A stretch of 64,000 nucleotides of DNA, taken from NCBI GenBank assembly GCA_964419545.1, contig CAYQQU010000029.1, positions 68 to 64,067 of the forward strand. The letters are read 5' to 3'. A model generated the notes under the pieces. It had not been told where the DNA came from and searched no databases. It was given only the letters and a program-made list of their open reading frames with translations. The translations under genes were made by a program, and so were the position numbers. Of this stretch, positions 1-9,057 are shown one piece after another. Position 1 is the first letter of the stretch; each line of letters starts with the position of its first letter. The DNA is from an uncultured Saprospiraceae bacterium (GTDB taxonomy: Bacteria; Bacteroidota; Bacteroidia; Chitinophagales; Saprospiraceae).

Positions 1-7
1 GCCAATC

Positions 8-52
8 TTCTTCCGTTCTACTGCTCTTCCGTTCTACTGTTCTTCTATTCCC
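8..52. repeat. Short tandem repeat with a ~16-bp unit (cttccgttctactgNN), about 2.5 copies
   Basis: Direct reading: cttcttccgttctactg / ctcttccgttctactg / ttcttctattcc. The ttccgttc core is the reverse complement of the gaacggaa octamer array at 63848-63898. Confidence 0.6.
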
Positions 53-115
53 GCTCATCACACCGCAAACTGAGAAGTTCAGCCCTCCAGTCAGGGCGTT
101 TTAACCCCACCCTTA

Positions 116-178
116 GCCCTTAACCCATATTATTCTAGAATTCTTCGTGATGAGAATCCATGAATAATCCGGGTTAAG
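116..178. repeat. Short, partly degenerate copy of the MITE/REP-like palindromic element
   Basis: The right arm ccatgaataatccgggttaag (158-178) is intact. The left arm cttaacccatattattc is degenerate. Termini match the copies at 30766, 42374 and 61036. Confidence 0.55.
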
Positions 179-184
179 AGTGCT

Positions 185-1421
185 TTCATTGCCGTACACT
201 TTTAAGTTACGGGAAGTTCTTTGAAAATTGGAAAGAAAGATTAAGTGCATGTCTGGCATAAAATCGAATAGCCCGCAGGCCAATCTGGAACACAGACAAG
301 CTGTCAATTCTGTCTTTGCGGCAGAACTTTCCTAAGATGGCCGAATTTCGAGCATCAAACTCAAACAAGATGCAGATGATAAAGGCCAGGCAAGCGACGA
401 TGAGTAGATTGAAAAGTGTCTGAGGCTCTTCAATTCTAGTTTTATGAATGTGGAAGCCGCGAGATTTTATATCCCCGAAAAAGGTTTCGATATGGTATCT
501 CTTGCGGTAATAAGTTTCAGCTTGGGGGCCATATTCCAGACTGGTTAATAGATACAAAGGCCTTTCATAACGGCGCCTGTCGTGCCAGAACAAGCCATTG
601 ACCGGCCCGAAGCCTTGCTTGGTCACATACATTTGGGGCAGAAACAAGCTTTTTTGGCCTGCACCTGCGGCTAAATGGCCAAAGGCCGAAGCGTCTTGCA
701 TGTCCGGATTATCGGCCAGGAGGGTATCCTTAGCCGTTTTGAGAACATAGTGCCAGCCGTGAGCCAGGCAAGCCAGTTGCAACTGATGGCCGTCGAATTC
801 GGCATCTCCTAACAGGATAATCCGGCAATCTCGTTCCAGGACGCTGTCCAATAACATGGCTACTTGCTTGATAATGGCTACATGCATGTGTTCGGGAAAA
901 TGGCCTTTGGGCGCCTTGCGAACCACCCAGCAAATAGGAATGGCTCGTTTGCGCCACACCAGACTAACCATCAGCGCCATACAGTCTTTTCCCACACAAG
1001 AGCCGTCAATGGCCAGAATTAACTCCCCGGTCTTACTCAGGGAGTGTAGAATCGGAAGCAGATAGGGTATAAAGTGCACCGTGACATCGGTCCATTTGTT
1101 CTGCAACCAACGTTTGGCCTTCTTGACCCGGCTTTCCAGGTCAATAGGATCTTCCAGGTGGCGACCTATCTCTGACAAAGAGGCCCGGCCACCTTTGATC
1201 AAGGCACCCAGTAAGCCGGCTAATACCGTTAATCGACGCAAGGCATTGCCTTGAGGCACTTCACATTGATGTTTTATCAACCATTTTTTAGATCTTTACA
1301 GAACGACATTTTGCAAGGGTTTTCTGTAAAGATTTTAAAATCTCAGAAAACCCTTTGTTTTTGTCTCTCTTTCCAAATTTTCAATGAACTTTTTGCCGAA
1401 CTAAAAGTGTACGGCAATGAA
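185..1421 (-). mobile_element. IS4-family insertion sequence (~1.24 kb)
   Basis: 19-bp perfect terminal inverted repeats: ttcattgccgtacactttt (185-203) and aaaagtgtacggcaatgaa (1403-1421). Imperfect complementarity extends about 35 bp further inward. The element encloses a single DDE transposase ORF. No clear target-site duplication is visible. Confidence 0.85.
207..1280 (-). CDS. IS4-family DDE transposase
   Basis: 357-aa ORF with DDE-type blocks (AIDGS..., LLGDAEF...). It carries the exact IS4 Y-(2)-R-(3)-E-(6)-K signature in YRKRYHIETFFGDIKS. Confidence 0.9.
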   Translation of the reverse strand: MIKHQCEVPQGNALRRLTVLAGLLGALIKGGRASLSEIGRHLEDPIDLESRVKKAKRWLQNKWTDVTVHFIPYLLPILHSLSKTGELILAIDGSCVGKDCMALMVSLVWRKRAIPICWVVRKAPKGHFPEHMHVAIIKQVAMLLDSVLERDCRIILLGDAEFDGHQLQLACLAHGWHYVLKTAKDTLLADNPDMQDASAFGHLAAGAGQKSLFLPQMYVTKQGFGPVNGLFWHDRRRYERPLYLLTSLEYGPQAETYYRKRYHIETFFGDIKSRGFHIHKTRIEEPQTLFNLLIVACLAFIICILFEFDARNSAILGKFCRKDRIDSLSVFQIGLRAIRFYARHALNLSFQFSKNFP

Positions 1422-1541
1422 TTCTTTAAGGACAAAAGGGGAATAGAGAGGTTGCAGAAAGCGAAGAATTCAGCCGCCGCTCAAAAATTAAAACTTTCCG
1501 GCAAAGCGAGTTGTTCGATTGCAAATCCCGAACTTTCTACC

Positions 1542-2012
1542 ATGGATAAACACCAGTCACTGGCCCTGCGCCTGGAACTCATTTGGTGGGTAGCGACTTT
1601 GCTGGTCGCGGCCGGCGTCTTGTACCCCATCCTCACCCGGGTGCAGTACTACCCCTTTACCTTCGATAACGCCTTGTACATCATTACTTTCATTACCGTC
1701 ACCCGCTATATCTTCCTGCTTCGCCACACTTTCCTGGCGCGCCGGCAGGTCCTGAAGCTGGTGTTGATCTTCCTTTTTCTTCCCTTTATATTTTACCAGG
1801 TACAGCAGCTCAATTACTTCCAGACTTTCCTCGACGAACAAGGCTTCGACACGCTGATCGGCAACCTGCCCCTGGCGCAACGCGACGGTATGGCGCGCTT
1901 CATTCACAGCCAGATGCTCCTCTTCGGCGTGGGCAGCATCATCAGCTCGGTGCTCTTCCCGCTGCGCTTGATCGTCTCGGTATGGCGCACGCGCAACCTG
2001 AATACGGTTTAA
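1542..2012 (+). CDS. Hypothetical integral membrane protein
   Basis: I start it at the internal ATG (MDKHQSLALRLELIWW...) of track ORF 1251-2012, because the upstream part of that ORF runs into the IS end. About four hydrophobic helices are visible. Confidence 0.6.
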   Translation: MDKHQSLALRLELIWWVATLLVAAGVLYPILTRVQYYPFTFDNALYIITFITVTRYIFLLRHTFLARRQVLKLVLIFLFLPFIFYQVQQLNYFQTFLDEQGFDTLIGNLPLAQRDGMARFIHSQMLLFGVGSIISSVLFPLRLIVSVWRTRNLNTV

Positions 2013-2063
2013 CGTCAGCAAGAATGGCCGAAAGGTGAACTACCGCAAGCTGGAAGTAGCCGG

Positions 2064-2663
2064 TCAGCTGCCGCCACTGCCTTCTTCATCATCCGGTTTG
2101 TCGAAAATGGTAGCCGGCGTCTCCTCGCGTTCTACGGTTTCCTGCAATCCATCCATAAACTGCACGGTATGGTTCCAGAAATCGTTGAAAGTGGGCTTGA
2201 GCACCTTGCCCGCATCCCAGACATAACCCGGAAATTCGATGAGGTACTCGTACGTCTGGGATTGGGCTTTGACCGATTGGGAAATCAGGTGAGAACGGTC
2301 GCTGAACCAAATCAATACACTGAACAGCAAGGTGTTGAGCGCAGACAGCAACAGCCCTCCGGCCAACTGGTTGATGACATTGATATTGGCGGCCTGCAGC
2401 ACTCCTTCCAGCCCGCGGGCCAGCATGCGGATCGCAAACATGGTGAGCACGAAGGTGACCAGAAAACCCGCCAGGAACATAAAGGAACTCTCGCTGTCGA
2501 AGGCGGTTTCCAGAAACTTGGTCATGGCCGGTGAAAACTTCACCGCGGCCATAATGCCGATGAGTACGGATAGCACGGTGAAGATCGTCTGGATGATCCC
2601 CCGTGAGAAACCCAGGTAAAAACCAAAACCCGCAACGGCGATGAAAATGATGTCTATGGCCAT
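2064..2663 (-). CDS. cvpA: CvpA (colicin V production) family membrane protein
   Basis: 199 aa. The N-terminus MAIDIIFIAVAGFGFYLGFSRGIIQ and four TM helices are typical of the CvpA family. The C-terminal tail is acidic. Confidence 0.75.
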   Translation of the reverse strand: MAIDIIFIAVAGFGFYLGFSRGIIQTIFTVLSVLIGIMAAVKFSPAMTKFLETAFDSESSFMFLAGFLVTFVLTMFAIRMLARGLEGVLQAANINVINQLAGGLLLSALNTLLFSVLIWFSDRSHLISQSVKAQSQTYEYLIEFPGYVWDAGKVLKPTFNDFWNHTVQFMDGLQETVEREETPATIFDKPDDEEGSGGS

Positions 2664-2897
2664 AATAAATTCAGCAATAACCGATTAAGGTTTAAAAATA
2701 CGCCAACTCCGACAGAATTAGGGCGTATTTTCGATAAAATGACCGTAACTTTGTATCAACTGTTTTCCGGAGGCCTGCCGCACCTTGATCAAAACGAATA
2801 TATCAACATCTCATTAATCCATTCAGTTGCTTTTTTGATTTGCTTAATCATACCGATCGGATTTACTAATTTTGCTTATAATCAATCAAAACCGATT

Positions 2898-3362
2898 ATG
2901 AAAAAAATGATCCTCCTTTGTTCTTTCGTCAGCTTCCTGGCCGCGCCGCTGCTGGCGCAGGATTCGCCGGTATTCGTGCTCGGCGAACAGGAAAAGAAAT
3001 ACGAGCAACTCACGCGCGACTATAGCCAGTCGCTTCTTACTGCCTGCGACAACGACATGCAGGTGGCTTTCGATAAATGGCTGGAAATGATGCAGGCCAT
3101 GGAGGCTTACGCCAAAAAGATCAGGTTCGACCTCAACGGCGTCAGCGTCTGGTTTCACGTTTTCTGGAGCCCGGAAGGCAATATCGACAACGTTGGGTTC
3201 CTCCTGCGGCCCAATTCCCGCAATATCCCTAATGCCGATCTCGCCGCTTTTCTTTCTTCTTTCATAAAGCGCTACCAGTTTCCGGTAACCAGCGATCAGC
3301 CTTTTTCACACTACACCGGCGCCACTTTCCCGACTTTCTCCCAGCGGGTCGGTGATGAGTGA
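2898..3362 (+). CDS. Hypothetical secreted protein
   Basis: An internal ATG gives the signal peptide MKKMILLCSFVSFLAAPLLAQ. I recognise no family. Confidence 0.55.
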   Translation: MKKMILLCSFVSFLAAPLLAQDSPVFVLGEQEKKYEQLTRDYSQSLLTACDNDMQVAFDKWLEMMQAMEAYAKKIRFDLNGVSVWFHVFWSPEGNIDNVGFLLRPNSRNIPNADLAAFLSSFIKRYQFPVTSDQPFSHYTGATFPTFSQRVGDE

Positions 3363-3463
3363 TCGCTGCCCCATGCCGCTGAAAGGATGAAAAAATACAC
3401 CCTGTTCGCCGGCAGGGGCTTCCCTTTTTTCTTTATGTTCGCATTAAAGTAAATATAAGACTC

Positions 3464-4429
3464 ATGATCAAGATTCTGGCCAACGACGGTATTCATCCGG
3501 ACTGCAAAACGCTCCTCGAGGAGGCCGGATACCACATCGATTTCGAAAAGATACCGGATGAAAAACTCCCCGAAGTATTGCCGGCCTATGACGTCATCAT
3601 CATCCGCAGCGCTACTTCCATCAACCGGGAACTGATCGATCGTTGTCCGGACCTCAAAATTATCGCTCGCGCCGGGGTCAGCCTCGATAATATCGACGTC
3701 GAACACGCCCGCGAAAAAGGCATCACCGTGCTCAATACACCGGCCGCCGCCGCCCATTCGGTCGCCGAACTGGTATTCGCCCACCTGTTCCTGCTGTCGC
3801 GTCGCCTCCACCTCTCCAATCGCGAAATGCCGCTTAAGGGAACAACGGACTTCAAGATGCTCAAAGAGGCTTATTCCGAAGGCGTACAGCTGCGCGGCAA
3901 AACGCTGGGCATCATCGGCTTCGGGCGCGTCGGGCAGGAGGTGGCCCGCATCGGCACCGCCCTGGGGATGACCATCATGCCGGTCGACCTGATCGTCCGG
4001 GAAGCGGATATCGATATCAATGTCTTTAAAAGTGAGGACGTCAGCCTCCACGTGCGCGTTCAAACCTACGACCCCCAGGAAGTGCTGGCCAAAAGCGACT
4101 ACCTGACCATCCACGTTCCCTTCACCGGCGGCAGACCGCTCATCGGCCCCGAGGAGATGACGAAAATGAAAAATTCCGCCATCTTGGTGAATACTTCCCG
4201 CGGCGGCGCGGTCGACGAGGCCGCCCTGCTGCAAGCCCTCAACGAAGGCCGGCTGGGCGGCGCCGCCCTCGACGTTTTCGAGAACGAGCCGGTGCCCCGC
4301 CAGGAATTGCTCAACCATCCCCTGATCTCCGTCTCGCCCCACATCGGTTCCGGCACCCTGGAAGCTCAGGCGAATATCGGACTGGAACTGGCGGATAAGA
4401 TACTGGCGTTTTTTGGGGATGATCAGTGA
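3464..4429 (+). CDS. D-isomer-specific 2-hydroxyacid dehydrogenase, probably a short-form D-3-phosphoglycerate dehydrogenase
   Basis: 321 aa with the NAD-binding motif GKTLGIIGFGRVGQEVA and the family blocks IIARAGVSLDNIDV and SPHIGSGT. There is no ACT domain. Confidence 0.85.
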   Translation: MIKILANDGIHPDCKTLLEEAGYHIDFEKIPDEKLPEVLPAYDVIIIRSATSINRELIDRCPDLKIIARAGVSLDNIDVEHAREKGITVLNTPAAAAHSVAELVFAHLFLLSRRLHLSNREMPLKGTTDFKMLKEAYSEGVQLRGKTLGIIGFGRVGQEVARIGTALGMTIMPVDLIVREADIDINVFKSEDVSLHVRVQTYDPQEVLAKSDYLTIHVPFTGGRPLIGPEEMTKMKNSAILVNTSRGGAVDEAALLQALNEGRLGGAALDVFENEPVPRQELLNHPLISVSPHIGSGTLEAQANIGLELADKILAFFGDDQ

Positions 4430-4432
4430 AGG

Positions 4433-4501
4433 GGTGTGAGTGTGAGTTTGGGTGTGAGTGTGAGTGTGAGTGTGGGTGTGGGTGTGGGTGTGGGTGTGAG
4501 T
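4433..4501. repeat. GT-rich hexamer microsatellite (GTGTGA/GTGTGG/GTTTGG, about 11 units) containing a G3-N3 x4 motif
   Basis: Direct reading. GGG runs at 4474, 4480, 4486 and 4492 are each separated by TGT. The array fills almost the whole gap between convergent stop codons at 4429 (+) and 4506 (-). Confidence 0.9.
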
Positions 4502-4505
4502 TAAA

Positions 4506-5699
4506 TCATCTCTTCAGAATTTTGTGTACGGTCCGGTTGCCGCCTCGCATTTGGAGGGTGAGCAAGTAGAGGCCGGGGGGCAAATCCATCAGTGAAAAGG
4601 CCGGATTAAAAGCATTGACCACCCGGTGGATTACCACCCGGCCGGAAAAGTCGGTGATGGTTGCATGGCGGACCTCCTGCTGGCCGGCAATGGTAACCCG
4701 CCCGGTCGTCGGGTTCGGAAAAACGGTAACGGGCAATTCCGGTTCGTTTTCCTCCGCCGTGCTTACCGCCGGGTCGCAGCGCGTATGTTCGCTGAAAAAC
4801 TGCCAAAGCTCAACGCCGGCCTGCATATCCTCGTTGGTCTCTCCGGCCAGCAATTCGTAACTGGCATTTTCCACTCCGGGCCAGGTATGGCCGCCGTTAT
4901 TGATCCGGAATAATCTTACATCCGCGTTGCAGGTGCAATCCGTATTATCGAAACGGGTAACGGTCGAGTGGTCGGTGGTGTCGGTATCGGGAATTGCTTC
5001 GGCGGGTAGGGTCGATTGGCAGTCATTATTGGCAGTCCAGAACTGGACTAGCGTATCCATACTTACAACGGGCGTTACATCGCCCTGCATCGGACCTCCG
5101 GCATAGGGCACGAACGGATCCGCCGTCCCCATGACCAACAGCATGGGAACGGGGCGACCGGGATGACAATTGGCAAAAAGCATCGTATCCATGGTGCTGC
5201 CCAGGCTGGCCATCGCGGCAAACTGCTGATTGGCCTCGCACGCGATGCGCTGAGTCATAAAACCGCCGTTGGAAAAGCCGCTGAGGTAAACGCGGGCGCT
5301 ATCGATGGCGTAATCGGTCAGGAGGGTGTCGATCAGGCTGTTGATAAAGCCGACATCGTCGATCCCCGCATCGTCGGCTGAAGTACCCCGGCCGTCCGCC
5401 CAGCTGAAACCGGAAGGCTCGACCGGCGCGTAGCCTTCGGGGTAGACCGCGAGGAAGCCGAAAAAGTTGGAGACCAGGTTCAGCAGCGTGAACCCCTGCG
5501 CCGACTGGGCATTGCCGCTGCCGCCGTGGAGGAAGACGACCAGAGGCGCCGGCCCGCCGTTACCGGGATTGGGTGGAATATGAACGATGAATTTTCTCTG
5601 CAATGCTTGATGCTCCAAACTATCATGCACATTCACCTGCCCGAATGAACAGGGCCCTAATGCGAGCCACAAAACCAAAAAATATATCCGCTTACCCAT
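4506..5699 (-). CDS. PHB-depolymerase-family esterase (alpha/beta hydrolase) with a T9SS C-terminal sorting domain
   Basis: 397 aa with a signal peptide. Blocks LVVFLHGGSGNA and the nucleophile elbow GFSNGG are present. The C-terminus VTVFPNPTTGRVTI...LYLLTLQ...KILKR is a typical T9SS type-A CTD. Confidence 0.8.
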   Translation of the reverse strand: MGKRIYFLVLWLALGPCSFGQVNVHDSLEHQALQRKFIVHIPPNPGNGGPAPLVVFLHGGSGNAQSAQGFTLLNLVSNFFGFLAVYPEGYAPVEPSGFSWADGRGTSADDAGIDDVGFINSLIDTLLTDYAIDSARVYLSGFSNGGFMTQRIACEANQQFAAMASLGSTMDTMLFANCHPGRPVPMLLVMGTADPFVPYAGGPMQGDVTPVVSMDTLVQFWTANNDCQSTLPAEAIPDTDTTDHSTVTRFDNTDCTCNADVRLFRINNGGHTWPGVENASYELLAGETNEDMQAGVELWQFFSEHTRCDPAVSTAEENEPELPVTVFPNPTTGRVTIAGQQEVRHATITDFSGRVVIHRVVNAFNPAFSLMDLPPGLYLLTLQMRGGNRTVHKILKR

Positions 5700-5852
5700 A
5701 AACCAGCTTTGGCTTTTGTGACTAGCTGATCCCGCCGTGGTTTAATCACTACCCTAAAAACCGCGCGCCATGCCTCTGCATAAATAATTCCTCCAACTCA
5801 TCCGGTTAAAACCGGGACAGAAACCGATAATAGTCCCGGTCATCCCTACATC

Positions 5853-7025
5853 CTACTCATCCTGATAAAACTTCCGCCCCTCCCGCGCCATCTTCCGCAG
5901 CAGCGGGCTGCACCGGTAGCGCTCCTCCAGGTACTCCGCGTGCAGGCGGTCCATGGCGGTGACGCAGGATTGGATCCCCACCTCATCGGCCCATTGCAGC
6001 AGGCCCTTCGGATAGTTGACGCCCTGGGTCATCGCGCGATCGATATCGTCGCGGCTGGCGATATTGAGATAGAGGGTATCGGCGGCTTCGTTGATCAGCA
6101 TGATGACGATGCGCCACATCAGGGCCTTGCCCTGTTCCTCGTCGCGCCGGGGTTCCGGGTTGACGGCCCCTTCGCGGTAGTCGTAGAAGCCGCGGCCCGA
6201 TTTGCGGCCCAGGAAGCCGGCCTCCACCAGTCGTTTTTGGGTGAAAGCGGGCTTGTAACGAGAGTCGTAGAAGAAAGCTTGAAAAACCGTTTCCGTTACC
6301 GTGTAGTTGACGTCGTGCCCGATGTAGTCCATCAGGGCGAAGGGGCCCATTCGAAACCCGCCGATCTCGGTCATCGACCAGTCGATGGTCGCCGCATCGG
6401 CCAGTCCTTCTTCCAGGATGCGGAGGGCTTCCCCGTAGAAGGGCCGCGCTACGCGATTGACGATAAAGCCCGGCGTATCTTTGGCCTGAACGGTGGTTTT
6501 ACCCCAGTTGCGCATGATCGTTTCGGCGCTTTCCCGCACTCCCGGTGCGGTCTGGATGGCGGGGATCACTTCTACCAGCTTCATCAGGGGCGCCGGATTG
6601 AAAAAGTGCAACCCGATGGTGCGCCCGGTATTCCGGCAGGCGCCCGCGATCGCCGCGATCGGCAGGGAAGAAGTGTTGGAGGCGAGGATGGTCTCTTCCG
6701 AGACGATATCTTCGAGTTGCTCGAAAACGGCCCGTTTGATCTCCAGGTCTTCGACAATGGCTTCGATGACCAGTCCGGCGTCTTTGACCGCGAAAAGGCT
6801 GTCGGCAAAATGAATGCGCCCCAGCAGCGCCTCGGTATCCGCCCTCGTCATTTTGCCTTTCTCCACCAGGCGGGCCAGCACGCGCTCCAGCTTGGCCCGG
6901 GCGCGCTTCAGCGCCGCGGGGTTGTTGTCGTATAAAAAGACTTCGTGGCCGGCCGCCGCCGCCACCTGGGCGATGCCGCTGCCCATCGAGCCGCTCCCGA
7001 CGATGCCGATCTTGGTGGATTGCAT
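5853..7025 (-). CDS. 3-hydroxyacyl-CoA / 3-hydroxybutyryl-CoA dehydrogenase
   Basis: 390 aa. Rossmann motif IGIVGSGSMGSGIAQ, plus the family blocks NTSSL, HFFNPAP and GFIVNR. The C-terminal dimerisation domain is duplicated. Confidence 0.9.
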   Translation of the reverse strand: MQSTKIGIVGSGSMGSGIAQVAAAAGHEVFLYDNNPAALKRARAKLERVLARLVEKGKMTRADTEALLGRIHFADSLFAVKDAGLVIEAIVEDLEIKRAVFEQLEDIVSEETILASNTSSLPIAAIAGACRNTGRTIGLHFFNPAPLMKLVEVIPAIQTAPGVRESAETIMRNWGKTTVQAKDTPGFIVNRVARPFYGEALRILEEGLADAATIDWSMTEIGGFRMGPFALMDYIGHDVNYTVTETVFQAFFYDSRYKPAFTQKRLVEAGFLGRKSGRGFYDYREGAVNPEPRRDEEQGKALMWRIVIMLINEAADTLYLNIASRDDIDRAMTQGVNYPKGLLQWADEVGIQSCVTAMDRLHAEYLEERYRCSPLLRKMAREGRKFYQDE

Positions 7026-7183
7026 ATTTTTCCGCTTTTATTCAAACCCAAAGTAGGAGAGAATTTTGGTAAAAACAAAAAAAGAAAAAGGCTTCCGGTA
7101 TGTCGGAAAAAGGGTTTCCCGGCGAACCCTTTCCCGGCTTACTTGCTTTATTTTTAGTACATTCAAAACAAAAACATCAACCA

Positions 7184-7681
7184 ATGAGAGTACTGACTTT
7201 GCTACCTGCCGTGCTGCTGTTCATCGCACCTGTACTGGCGCAGGACACCATGCCGAAAGAGGTCATGAAAGCCCTTAACAAAATGTATCCGGGCGCCAAC
7301 GTCACGGATTGGGAAGCGGAAATTTACGAAGTAGAATACGAGCTCGACGGCGCCGAACACGAGTCCGCTTTCACCGAAGAAGGGGAATGGGTATATACCA
7401 AGACCGAAATCACGACCGCCGACCTGCCGGCAGCGGTCCATGAGGCCGTCAGCGCCCAGTACGCCGGGTACAAGATCGCCGAAGCAGAAAAGATCACCAG
7501 CCCGGAATGGGACCTGGCTTACGAAGTGGAAATCTCCAACGGCAAAGAGGAAATGACGCTCGTCTTCAACCCCGACGGCAAACTGATCAAGGAAAAGAAA
7601 GAGGCCGCGGAAGACGATGACGAAGAAAAAGAGAAGCAAAAAAGAGAGCGTAAGCGGAAGAAGAACAAAAGCGGCCAATGA
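7184..7681 (+). CDS. PepSY-like (DUF2874-type) secreted protein with a Lys/Glu-rich tail
   Basis: An internal ATG gives the signal peptide MRVLTLLPAVLLFIAPVLAQ. Repeated blocks such as P..V..A....YPGA.V.DWE and ...YEVE match the PepSY-like pattern. It is a paralogue of 17700-18140. Confidence 0.6.
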   Translation: MRVLTLLPAVLLFIAPVLAQDTMPKEVMKALNKMYPGANVTDWEAEIYEVEYELDGAEHESAFTEEGEWVYTKTEITTADLPAAVHEAVSAQYAGYKIAEAEKITSPEWDLAYEVEISNGKEEMTLVFNPDGKLIKEKKEAAEDDDEEKEKQKRERKRKKNKSGQ

Positions 7682-7731
7682 TCATGAAACTTTTTGCACA
7701 GGGGAACACCCCTGCGCAACAAGTCTGTTAA

Positions 7732-8112
7732 TCAGGGCTGATTGTCGACAAACAGGCTGGCGTTGGCGAGGTCTTCGACGGTATAAATGTTAAAGTACTG
7801 TTGAAACAATTCGGCCTTCGCCGGTCCTATCCCTTCGATAATGCCTACAGGCGCGTCGATCAGCTCTTCCGGAGATTTGCTTTCGTAATTAAAGTCTACG
7901 AAAGTGCCCAGCACAATAGCGCTCCCGATCTCGTCTCTGAAAGCGGCCTGAAGCAGGCGGGCGTAGTGGAAGGGGTTGTATCGTTGTAAATCGCCTAAGG
8001 TGCGAATGCCTATTTTGATCAGGGCCTGGATCTGATCAGAGGACAGGCTGCCGATATCGAATACGGAAACGAGGTCGGGGTAGTTTCTTTCGTCATTTTT
8101 TTGCTCAGACAT
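7732..8112 (-). CDS. Hypothetical protein with a helix-hairpin-helix-like motif
   Basis: 126 aa. IEGIGPAKAELF and IRTLGDLQ resemble HhH motifs. No family assigned. Confidence 0.5.
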   Translation of the reverse strand: MSEQKNDERNYPDLVSVFDIGSLSSDQIQALIKIGIRTLGDLQRYNPFHYARLLQAAFRDEIGSAIVLGTFVDFNYESKSPEELIDAPVGIIEGIGPAKAELFQQYFNIYTVEDLANASLFVDNQP

Positions 8113-8155
8113 GGCGATTTGGATTTGGTGATGCAGCGATCAAGGTACGGTTTAC

Positions 8156-8171
8156 CCCGGATTATTCATGG
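8156..8171. repeat. Solo half-site (left-arm orientation) of the MITE/REP-like element
   Basis: cccggattattcatgg preceded by ttac. No matching right arm lies nearby. Confidence 0.6.
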
Positions 8172-8249
8172 CTCATTCGAAAAATAAGATATAGCCCGAC
8201 GGCTCCGGGATTTGCTCTGGTGGCCGTGCGGCAAAATGCCGGCCGAAGC

Positions 8250-8972
8250 CTACCCATCCTGCCGTGCGAACACCCGTCGCAGCAGCTCCGTCGTCCTCGC
8301 AGCTACATTCTGCCGGATATTGATCTCTTCTTTTTCGACCATTCCGAAGAGGCCGTCCAGGGCCTGGCGCGTAACGTAGTCGTCGAGGTCGCTGTTGACC
8401 TTATCCACGAAAGGGATCTTGTTGTAGGCGTTGACGGCGTCGCGCCAGTAGTCGCGGGCGTTGAACTTGTCGAGCGATTCCACGATCACCGGGTTGAACT
8501 CGCGGTACAGGGCGTTGGAAGTGGTGCGTTCCAGGTAGCGGGTGGCGGCGTCTTTTTCGCCCATCAGGATATCCATGGCGTCCTGAAAGGTCATCTGCCG
8601 GATCGCATCCACGAAGATGGGCGTAGCTTTCTTGGCGGCGTCTTCGGCGCCGCGGTTGATTTTTTCGAGAATGACCGCTTCGACGTCAGAGAAGCCCGGG
8701 ATGGCCTGCAGCCGGTCGGTCACCTCGCGCGCTTCCGGCGGGAGGAGTATCTTGTAGACGCTTTTGTAGTAGCCGTCCTTCTGGCTCAGGCGTTCAGCGC
8801 CTTTGCTGATGCCCTTGTTGAGCGCTTCCTTCAAGCCCGAGGCGACCTCGGCGGTGGTGAGCGCGCCTTCGCCCCGGATGGTCTCCAGCGCGCTTTGCAG
8901 TTCCGACTGGGTGCAGGCGGTCAGTTGCAGGAGGAGTACGGTAGCAGCCAGTTTAATCAGGATTTTTTTCAT
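8250..8972 (-). CDS. DUF4197 family lipoprotein
   Basis: 240 aa with the lipoprotein signal MKKILIKLAATVLLLQLTAC. The overall pattern (GLKEAL..G, YLER.T...L...F.P.I, ...DLD.YVT..AL.GLF) matches DUF4197 as I remember it. Confidence 0.7.
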   Translation of the reverse strand: MKKILIKLAATVLLLQLTACTQSELQSALETIRGEGALTTAEVASGLKEALNKGISKGAERLSQKDGYYKSVYKILLPPEAREVTDRLQAIPGFSDVEAVILEKINRGAEDAAKKATPIFVDAIRQMTFQDAMDILMGEKDAATRYLERTTSNALYREFNPVIVESLDKFNARDYWRDAVNAYNKIPFVDKVNSDLDDYVTRQALDGLFGMVEKEEINIRQNVAARTTELLRRVFARQDG

Positions 8973-9030
8973 AGCAGACGATTGTGATGAATGAATTGTT
9001 GATTATGACGAAGATCGGCGGAAAAGTTCC

Positions 9031-9057
9031 TTAACCCGGATTATTCATGGGTTAATC
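9031..9057. repeat. Solo half-site of the MITE/REP-like element, itself a small hairpin (ttaaccc ... gggttaa)
   Basis: ttaacccggattattcatgggttaatc. It overlaps the folB stop codon region and has the same orientation as the half-site at 8156. Confidence 0.6.
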
